Shown piece after piece: positions 58,601 through 64,000 of a DNA stretch of 64,000 nt. The notes beneath the pieces are model-generated. The model searched no databases. It saw nothing but the letters and a program-made list of their open reading frames with translations, and had not been told where the DNA came from. The stretch is from IMG/VR virus record IMGVR_UViG_3300028392_000030, positions 64,001-128,000 of that record. One strand, written 5' to 3'. This DNA comes from a virus. How positions within the stretch are numbered: the stretch's first letter is position 1; each line of letters starts with the position of its first letter. Both the position numbers and the translations under genes were made by a program.

Positions 58601-61600
58601 CATTTAAACTGTTTACTCTAAACGTGTTTTCATAACGATCTATCACCAACTGAGCTGTAGGAATTGTAGTTCTGTTTTGATCTAGAATTAAATTTTCTGG
58701 AGTTTGTGTAACAATCGAATCAACCACTGCTTCAGCGGTAACCAAGGTCAACTGTTGAGCTGTAGGATTTAAACTGATCACACTGCCGGTCATCCATCCT
58801 TGGTTAGCCCAATACAAGTATTCTTGAACCATTTGATTCCAGTCCAAGGTTTTACCGTTCTCTCTAGCATCAAACACTAGTCCTTGACTTTCTAATAAGG
58901 CTCCGTAGCTCAACAAGAAGTCAGCCACAACCGTTTGATTGGTAAACACATATCCATACGGCACCTGCACAATGTTTTGACTGTATGTAGTTGGCACCGT
59001 AACTCGAGTGCCACCAGCGGTAATAACCCGTGTTGGTCCTCCAGTACGACTGGCTAATATTTCAAAGTATGGGTTGGTTAAACTATACCCAGTAACTGAC
59101 CAGCCGCCCGCAACCACTTGAACAATAACAGCACTGTATAAAGTCTGACTGAATGGTTGGTTCTTGTATACCAATAGATTGTAACTGTTGTCTGGTATCA
59201 ATAGACTACTATTTGTGCTGTCAGGGCTGGCAGTTTCTGCGACAATCTCAAGATATTGTTTGTCTGTAAACGTGCCCATTCTGTAGCACAGTCTTACATC
59301 AAGCAAAGACAGATCTGCTGTTAGTTTGTCAGTGGAGTTTATGCCCAACTGACGGTTATAGTCAACAATCCAATCAATATAGCTGGCTTTACTGAGTCCG
59401 TTGCCGTATACCTCTACACCATTGGCATCTAGTCTATAACGTTGATTATATAAGAATTGTTCAAGATCTGCATCATACTTGTAAAGGTCTCTGTCAGCAA
59501 ATAAACTAAAGAATTTAGCAGGGCGTGTAAGTGCCAACAATCGCATGACCGCAAACGGAAATGCAGAACTGGTGCGCCAGCTGTATTCAACCGGGCCTTC
59601 ATCACCAAACACCCAGCTCTTTTGCCATTGACTTGAATCATATTGTCCTACTACACTGATAAACGGACTTAATAATTGGCCTTCACTGTCAACGGGAATT
59701 ACTTGGGCCAAGCCCGGGCGAGCATATTTAGGTCTGTAGTATGTGCCTGCAGGATCTGCGACTTTTCCAGCAGCTAGGTCATCCCATAACACCAAGTTGC
59801 CCGAGGTATAAGGAGCAGGACCATACACTTCAGTCCACCAGGTAGGCTCTTGACTGAAGCCTAGCATTTCCCATGGTGTGGCCTGTGGAGTTGGTGTGTC
59901 GTAGAAATATTGATAGATGCCACGCCAGGCGCCAACCGGCATAGGCGATTCGCTACTAGTAGTTGACCCTGTGAGCTTGTTGCCTGCGGCACTGTAATTC
60001 CATGTAAATTGATTTGCGGAATTGTAAGTTTGTTCTGAATAGGTCAGCTTATTCCAGCCCAGCCAGTTTAAAAAGCTAGGTGCTAGTATTTGATTAATTT
60101 CAGCAAGACTATATCCAGTAGATCTAAACTGTCCAGGAGTGACATCAGTTATGGTCAATGGTATTTCAGATTTAATTTTTAAGTTGTTGAAAATTCTAGT
60201 TTCAAACTCCAACAGCAGTTGATCTCTAAAATCACCAAATGCCAATGTTAAACTTCCGTCGTGTCCCTGAATTACCCAGGCGGGATTAACATAAGTTGTA
60301 TCATAATATATCTTGGGTTGGAACGCAGGATACAGTCCTAACTTGGTAGGAGTATTAGGAACGAATGTTCCATAGGTAGTGGCATATTCCTGAATAACAA
60401 TCACATCGCCTGCTGACAGTGGCACGGTTATAGTCAATGTAGGAGTGTCGGTGCTGACAACATAGTCATAGCCAGACTGTAAAAGAACATCATTGACATA
60501 GACCAATACACTCTGATAATTTGAACTGGTAAAGTTGTAGGTGGTATTAAGATTAAATGTCGGTGTTGAAATCTGTGAATAAGTTGTAGTGGTTGTAGTA
60601 TACACCGGATTAGCCGGCAACATATCTGTCCAATAGAACGGATTCGTTTGGGTGCGTCCAGCAACCAGCTGCGTAACAATAGCTGTCAACATTGCTGGAA
60701 CTGTATAATTTGTATAATCCGTAGTCACAGCCGCATTTAGCAATTGTGCTTTATACTGTTCATATTCTCTACTGCTGTAGGCCAATGAATCAAAAATATT
60801 ATATTGCTTTGACCTCATGAAATAACCAGCCAGGGTCATTGGCGAACTATTTTGTATAATGTTGGTGCCGTAAGGTATGATATTACCTAGGTCTCGAGTA
60901 TTATTATTTCCATTGATTGGGCCAACTAATCCCAACAAGTTTTCACAAATTGATTCGTAGTGTGTTCTTGCAGTGCCTACAGTAAAGTATGGACTATTAA
61001 CATTGAGTGGATTATTTTCAAGGTTAATAGGAACTTGATAGAATGCCACTTTGCTCGATTGATCACTCAGCACAAGAACTTCGACAACGTCGCCGGCGGC
61101 AAATACTGTGCCATTGTTGTATTTTGCGTCTACCCAGGTTATTGTGGTACTGTTGTCTGTTGTCGCTACTGAATATTTGTAGGATTCTTGGAATTCACTG
61201 CTTACATATAATTGAATGCCCGGAACTGTAGTATCTGGCAAAGCGGCAACATCGAGTTGCAACGGGCGCCCATCATAGCTAAACTGAAACTGCTGTCTTG
61301 CGCGACTTGGAACCGCTGCTGTTTGCCATCCTAATTCACGCTTATAAGCAAGTCGATCCAGATATTCTCGAACAAAACCCAAACTGATATTTTTAGTATA
61401 CCCTACACTATCTATAGTATAGTTAAAAGTGTCGGTATATAAGTTGTTGTCAAACACTATGTCGCCAATGTTTGATAGGCTTAGATACTTGATGGCAAAT
61501 CCCAATACAGGATCTTTGCCGTTGCTAGACGGAGCATAGGAAAATAACTTAGATCCTCTAAAATTGCTACTGGGATACACAACAGGATCAGAAAAACTTA

Positions 61601-63998
61601 CACCGTTGGCGTCATATATATTGAACAGAGGTGCTTGGTTAGTTGAAGTTTTTTGCTGAGCGGCGATCCAACTAACTCCGTTGAACCAAAAACTTTTACC
61701 TTGTAATGTAAGTCCACTGAGACATACTACACTATTATCAACTACTATGTTACCATTGGTGGCTGGTACCAAATTGATCACTGGTTCGGCCAGCAACGGA
61801 GGCACAGTGTCAGGTGTGATAAATTCCACTACATATATTTTATCACGCACATCCGGATCGTCATCTACTGCAAATATAATACGACTACCGTTTATTAAAT
61901 TGTAGCCATCAACACCATACCCAGTGGCTCCGTTGACTGTGCTGAGCGCATCTGTATTTGAAAAGTCAATAATATCTACTGGTTGTTTGCTTTTTGTACC
62001 AAAATCAAATAATCGAGTTCCACTTCGAAATTCTAGTATAGGACGGCGGGCTCGTAAAGCATTATCTACAACCAGCACACTGTTATTGTATGCAGCTGAT
62101 TGTTCAATTACACTAATATGGAACCAACGGTTGCTTCTGGTCCACGGGTTTAAATCTGGGCTTGCACGATTGATTGTCAAATAGTCTGGCACTGCTGGTT
62201 GATTTAAACTGGCATCATAGTTGCCAAAATCATAAAGAGTGCTGTCGTATGGTACAGAGCTACTTTGTGTGTAGGTCTCGGGCGTTACAAAGTCTGTAAC
62301 CAACAACAACTGTATGGCTGTGCCTACACCTTCAACATAATAACTATTTCCTTGGTAACTGGCCGGAACAACAGATCCAATGAATTGAACTTTAAGACCA
62401 TTGGTAAAAATCACCCCATTGGGACTGGTGTAATTTTTCTTGCCAAGTATATCTAAAATATCTAATGCATCAGCGGCACTTTGATTGATGAGATTTATTT
62501 CACCAAAGATACCAGGATCAATACCATCCTGATAATATAGTCTATTTCTTGTTGCGGCCAACAATGGAATTTGTTGGAAAGCGCCAAGTTCATCTTTATA
62601 CCAACTGGTATTGGAATATACTGTGCCAAATTGTATGTTAAATTTATACAAGTCCGGTATGTCGTATACACTGGTCAAACGCATATACTGGCCGCCACCT
62701 TCGGCGGTTATGTATTGTATTTGCCAAACACTACGCTGAATTGCTACATCCGCAATTGGTGTGGTTTGATCAAAGTCCAAGCTGTCAAACGAACCTGGTC
62801 CTGCCAACACAGGATCTTCAGGCGGTGCTGTTCTAACCAATGGGTCAAACTGTGATTTGATTAGCCAGCCGCCGGCTGAAGGATCAGGATCAGGTTCTGT
62901 GAATACAATCGTGCGGCCTTCCAAGTTTGTAATACCGTCAATTCCGGTAGGATTTTCAGCTAAGAACTGATCAACAAACACATTATTAAGTTGATCAAAT
63001 TGCAAATTAGTTATGAGACCTACTTGACCGCCGTTGGTGTCAATGTAAGGAAGATCATAATAAAAATCTTGGGCGTTACTGAAAGGGACATCAAAAGTTA
63101 TTGTGCCAAGATCAATACCGTTGTTGGTTACTCCATTGACTGGTCCAAGACGGCTACTGATATTTGGAGTGCTGGGTATGCGACCGTTTACTCCAGGGTC
63201 TGTTTGAATCCAGAAATCAGGACCTGTACCAGGAGTAGCGTCTACAATAGTAAACACGCCTTGCATGTTCATCTGTGTAGAATTATTGTAGTATAGGGTA
63301 TCCGGAGCATTTTGCGGCACTGTAAAAGTAATTGTTCCTGTGGCAGCACCATTGTTGATAACACCTTCGGTGAACAAATTGTTAATGCCCAGTGTTTGTT
63401 GTGTCTTGATATAAAACGGCAATGCTGGCGTAGATACCAGTGTAAATGTGTAGGTGTTCCCACGCACCAAGGTCAAGGTAGGATTGATGTCGTAATCAAT
63501 TACCCAGGCACTGGTGCCTTGGTTTGAAACACGGAAATTGACACTACTTGTTTCATTTTGTGCCACTTGGAAAGTATAACTTCCACCACGAACCAATGTC
63601 AGTGTAGGATTCTCACCAGATACACCTGTGAATGTATAAGCACCGTTGTCTCTAGTAACTACAAAATTGTCAGTAAGCGGCACGGCTCCAGTAAACACAT
63701 CAACTGCATTTGGGCCACCTGGTAACCAGTAATACTGTGCATAATTGACATACTTGTCAAAATCTACAAAAGGATCCCAAGCATAATATTCGCTGGTATA
63801 AAGTTGATCAGCATTTTGAGTAACAGCGCCTTGCAGATTCAACGCATCAGTTATGCCAGGATATGTTATAGCATCAACTACCTTCTTACTGTTGGTTGGA
63901 TCGATCTGAACTACGCCTGGCTCGAGTTGATAATTGGTTCGAGTTGCTGTGGGTTCTGTGACATAATAATCTCCCGGAATGACTCCAGGACCAACACG
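49680..63998 (-). CDS. giant (>4,770 aa) baseplate-wedge/tail-associated virion protein, 5'-truncated by the window
   Basis: Frame stays open from 63842 to the window edge (RVGPGVIPGDYYV...NYQLEPGVV); KPYHVQVK and EELVPGSEFDTLDFRV segments; FG-GAP-like and CBM-like repeats. Confidence 0.75.
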   Translation of the reverse strand, partial: RVGPGVIPGDYYVTEPTATRTNYQLEPGVVQIDPTNSKKVVDAITYPGITDALNLQGAVTQNADQLYTSEYYAWDPFVDFDKYVNYAQYYWLPGGPNAVDVFTGAVPLTDNFVVTRDNGAYTFTGVSGENPTLTLVRGGSYTFQVAQNETSSVNFRVSNQGTSAWVIDYDINPTLTLVRGNTYTFTLVSTPALPFYIKTQQTLGINNLFTEGVINNGAATGTITFTVPQNAPDTLYYNNSTQMNMQGVFTIVDATPGTGPDFWIQTDPGVNGRIPSTPNISSRLGPVNGVTNNGIDLGTITFDVPFSNAQDFYYDLPYIDTNGGQVGLITNLQFDQLNNVFVDQFLAENPTGIDGITNLEGRTIVFTEPDPDPSAGGWLIKSQFDPLVRTAPPEDPVLAGPGSFDSLDFDQTTPIADVAIQRSVWQIQYITAEGGGQYMRLTSVYDIPDLYKFNIQFGTVYSNTSWYKDELGAFQQIPLLAATRNRLYYQDGIDPGIFGEINLINQSAADALDILDILGKKNYTSPNGVIFTNGLKVQFIGSVVPASYQGNSYYVEGVGTAIQLLLVTDFVTPETYTQSSSVPYDSTLYDFGNYDASLNQPAVPDYLTINRASPDLNPWTRSNRWFHISVIEQSAAYNNSVLVVDNALRARRPILEFRSGTRLFDFGTKSKQPVDIIDFSNTDALSTVNGATGYGVDGYNLINGSRIIFAVDDDPDVRDKIYVVEFITPDTVPPLLAEPVINLVPATNGNIVVDNSVVCLSGLTLQGKSFWFNGVSWIAAQQKTSTNQAPLFNIYDANGVSFSDPVVYPSSNFRGSKLFSYAPSSNGKDPVLGFAIKYLSLSNIGDIVFDNNLYTDTFNYTIDSVGYTKNISLGFVREYLDRLAYKRELGWQTAAVPSRARQQFQFSYDGRPLQLDVAALPDTTVPGIQLYVSSEFQESYKYSVATTDNSTTITWVDAKYNNGTVFAAGDVVEVLVLSDQSSKVAFYQVPINLENNPLNVNSPYFTVGTARTHYESICENLLGLVGPINGNNNTRDLGNIIPYGTNIIQNSSPMTLAGYFMRSKQYNIFDSLAYSSREYEQYKAQLLNAAVTTDYTNYTVPAMLTAIVTQLVAGRTQTNPFYWTDMLPANPVYTTTTTTYSQISTPTFNLNTTYNFTSSNYQSVLVYVNDVLLQSGYDYVVSTDTPTLTITVPLSAGDVIVIQEYATTYGTFVPNTPTKLGLYPAFQPKIYYDTTYVNPAWVIQGHDGSLTLAFGDFRDQLLLEFETRIFNNLKIKSEIPLTITDVTPGQFRSTGYSLAEINQILAPSFLNWLGWNKLTYSEQTYNSANQFTWNYSAAGNKLTGSTTSSESPMPVGAWRGIYQYFYDTPTPQATPWEMLGFSQEPTWWTEVYGPAPYTSGNLVLWDDLAAGKVADPAGTYYRPKYARPGLAQVIPVDSEGQLLSPFISVVGQYDSSQWQKSWVFGDEGPVEYSWRTSSAFPFAVMRLLALTRPAKFFSLFADRDLYKYDADLEQFLYNQRYRLDANGVEVYGNGLSKASYIDWIVDYNRQLGINSTDKLTADLSLLDVRLCYRMGTFTDKQYLEIVAETASPDSTNSSLLIPDNSYNLLVYKNQPFSQTLYSAVIVQVVAGGWSVTGYSLTNPYFEILASRTGGPTRVITAGGTRVTVPTTYSQNIVQVPYGYVFTNQTVVADFLLSYGALLESQGLVFDARENGKTLDWNQMVQEYLYWANQGWMTGSVISLNPTAQQLTLVTAEAVVDSIVTQTPENLILDQNRTTIPTAQLVIDRYENTFRVNSLNEQTISYIALRQTSYESLVILDNVSVFGDLLYDPATGARQSRVTVIATVAADWNGQLDAQGFINNNTQTVKEWQPLQKYTKGEIVIYKNNYWQALDIVQPSAQWNQSLWSQSNYTKIQGGLLQNIPLLSNQLANSYDVNQANLQLEQDLFAFGLIGFRPRQYMVDLNLGDISQVNLYQQLIQDKGTLNSVRLLTNANLNKETAQYQIYENWGIQRGIYGANANRRFVEMRLNEALLTANPGTVQIIAPQESSIADQTILYADLWRESYNVTSPDIFPTAVMPVADSALPSAGYVNLQDVDITVFDLEGQLGLATGVLNTIGIGTTVWAAKSNAYDWNVYRCTEVPGYISSATPNLNGTTIVTFTRPPGLVVGDIVIIRFLDTTVDGVYRVLALPGLTSVAIALTITNAVTGSGLGFSLQTMRVSQASDVITLPYADALVPGAKVWVDNNGSGLWEVLEKTDPFTDAGAITPKVPVVNSGYGSSVAQGYQNIIAMIGAPTGGDDATGAIYTYVKDVNDNYSENSILSLSAADTLGFGNAMQIGYQNWAVVGASASNGNQGYAVAIYRATGSTAFEERQLLTSPDGDFSNAEFGYSVTISQDEQWMYVSAPGQNKVYPYGRITIPRQQAEFITPGVYQVYNVGGIIEFDNELQLAVVLNNNLLTIGVDYTVGGTVINLAGIPPANEKLFVTRKVQQDYVGDGVETVFDLGPYLYTADNIYSFIVYVNDVIQVPDVDYTFSTSGNSPITFATAPDLDSAIKIISGTYWQPMAAIEGPASARFGSSIHTTTDGRQIIIGANNDSSAPVAHCGAVYVFDRSVTRYIISDTSQLTYTLPAGYQDPVAVVLNNVYLTNSAQYINGQFAVTGGDVVLDVVLNVGDILEIESNIFTQVQKIVPDTPYDESAFGTAVDVCPNNCSIYTGAPVDGTILVAAGSVQRNVNQARVYGTTTSTNSNPTLTAGNTIRVNNMPVAVPAGPDNTVEGLAQAIIDAAIPNVTASASNGLLTISIVNVAAADAYNRLTVWPGITGTAFADLGFNSYAYTQTITSPNPTASANFGAALNIDTTALTLVVGAPRGDLYEAVIFDNGTTYFDDRSTTFFNGIVESGVVYTFDYLPSATDSVTNPGNFVFGQQIYDNLTDPLDQWGSAVNYTTGKLLIGSPTGADNYGRVGQFVNLDRLPAWKILRQQQPVVDVELLNSVYMYNKLQSQETYFFDFIDPLQGKILGVARQNIDFISQVNPAQYNFGPINNIGNFWGSERVGTIWWDTTNARFIDPNQDDIVYASRRWGQLFPGSTVDIYQWVASSTPPAGYASEGQPLNTTSYSVRAHLNATGTFETVYYFWVSGITTIAVNEGKTLSTTGIARYVEEPRSSGIPYIAALDASTVAIYNGSQYLSASDTILHVDFSQELSDANIHTEFQLIADGDPTSFLADNLYQKLQDSFCGYNQNGAQVPDPFLSPPEQYGVAFSPRQSLFVDRLMALENYLTRTNEILKYLPIVEQRRFILLNSSEPIPAAGSEQYNKVLDNIEQLSYQNFYQVPLGYKYLILSDSTYNGAWTIYEVVLESNASAAPRVPQLVRIQNFNTKNYWNYIDWYKLGYNSSTVPVAQVPNYSSLVTLDVSVGASVKVTANAQNKWEIYVKTATGWERVGLQDGTIAFDNTLWDYAAGRYGFDAEVYDAQYYDQEPAIETRNIIQAINTELFINDLAIFKNQLLILMFKFILTEEQAPDWLMKTSFINVRHDIRSLLPFPTYRRDNQDFVSDYLQEVKPYHVQVKQFNLVYKGQDDYPGFATDFDNPSYYDTALEIPQFVSPILLPYTKSTATGTGKASDIADTPADAEIWATTPWQEWFNNYLLSLMSVSVTATGSGYAAEPEVVIGTKWTADTAYTVGQQVFYGSNLYSVTISGTSADIPPEFTTGSQLVGTATLAYVGTPATAVAVINSSLQVIAVNVVNEGSGYTTNPVITFVSDTGIGAQARANMGNPLVREFNMTIKYDRYEYLSTITDWDYLVASYPANTQVRFANTVWQAIDTVTNTPIVLDSIGTAVAYTLTVPSTTGLTTGMIVTGLGIPADTTVTLINDVDNVVTISRAVLQSINLEPVNFYNPFIIEEWNRVSASTLSGIDRTQGFYLPTVNQPGRSLPLLIDGLNYPGVQVYALDFSYNTGYDVGNYDINPFDNISISPEGFPTYDPALLDAAYSSSFDDVFLGTRPTDINVDGGGYIDVFSSYAPEELVPGSEFDTLDFRVYTAPGFDNTGLGHGFPAVSQRYVYNSAAPVSSFAGLLEYPFTVVVFNTTLGLAIQPVNFDWVNYEVTLGLTETDGDIIDLYVTGVGGGNQLYLNTYNQEMLDEVTVPFAVASAYNIATTYVQGDVVSYGDDFYRATAVTTGNLPVNLVGWTLISKGAVIYTTIVNDVMTYPGILIYNGENQLIVGTDYTVTSSGGSTTITFATTYDNTARINLAVLGYAVDGITHSWSLPVDQSFISDGNTTTVDLINSMQGTNQVNLVVSFNGNRMNPYQGSEYLGDGVTDVYQLPNSYGYNPALVSDNDVLVFVDNIKLIQDTDYVVDAYDGISNYRTITFTTAPVTGSKILLSVATDCGYRVYNNSLTFLPGSIPADGDSIDIITWNDTAEQDLLTEVFVGPGSINNNTFDIGREITNPARMLVTLNGYYLFNGIDYILNGTSITISGQTIISTDVLAITLFTNRVVPNPTAFRIFQDMRQVQATYRITPSTTTTLVQSVAVLDDIIYVEDATALGDPNLATAYNNNISYVVGDVVMYGDGFYQAIEPTVGHLPTDTDYWIVTDGAANIWGILTINGERIMYRHRDTVANTVSGLLRGTAGTAITIHTAGTAVYNMGRENLMPLTCQNYIVSNITNPLESGVNLGDGTTVEFTADIDISQEPSATRDESVEVYIGGTRIPDTDYTITADNPVTVEFNTAPPTGYEVAILVKRAHTWYNLATPDLPLNETDTICARFLQGR

Positions 63999-64000
63999 GC

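Noticed and set aside
63840-63842. TTG start given for the 4720-aa ORF
   Set aside because: The frame stays open to the window edge, so the true start is outside the window.
1-64000. CRISPR array, tRNA/rRNA genes, integrase/transposase, introns or inteins
   Set aside because: No regularly spaced repeats, no intergenic gap with a cloverleaf, and no recombinase, homing-endonuclease or intein motifs were seen. A tRNAscan/Infernal run would be needed to exclude these formally.
1-64000. Stop-codon reassignment, as in some large phages
   Set aside because: Code 11 gives near-complete coding density with tight ATGA/TAATG overlaps and a >14-kb uninterrupted ORF.

Overview
This window is almost entirely coding and looks like part of a large, myovirus-like tailed phage genome read in the standard genetic code. 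I see no rRNA, tRNA, CRISPR array, integrase or transposase. It has three zones. (1) 1-15.7 kb is an accessory/early zone of small genes behind near-consensus sigma70 promoters (TTGACN-17-TATAAT). It contains a Bug/TctC-like solute-binding protein, a MoxR-type AAA+ ATPase with its vWA/metallopeptidase partner, two PP-loop (SGGxDS) enzymes and a Z1/SF2-helicase-like gene. (2) About 17-46.4 kb is a ~29 kb biosynthetic cluster. It holds thyX, a cytidylyltransferase, two NDP-sugar SDRs, a DegT-type aminotransferase, two amidinotransferases (a third is at 7.7 kb), a NodU/CmcH carbamoyltransferase, seven radical SAM enzymes (an eighth is at 4.6 kb), an SGNH hydrolase, a sulfotransferase-like protein and about eight glycosyltransferase-like proteins. 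(3) 46.5-64 kb holds virion genes on the minus strand, including a >4,770-aa baseplate/tail protein that runs off the window end. The most interesting candidate system is the phage-encoded pathway for an amino/guanidino/carbamoyl-modified sugar coupled to an array of radical SAM enzymes whose auxiliary Fe-S domain is N-terminal. A second notable feature is a recurring leaderless, promoter-flanked cassette layout. Family calls come from motifs read by eye; no database search was run.
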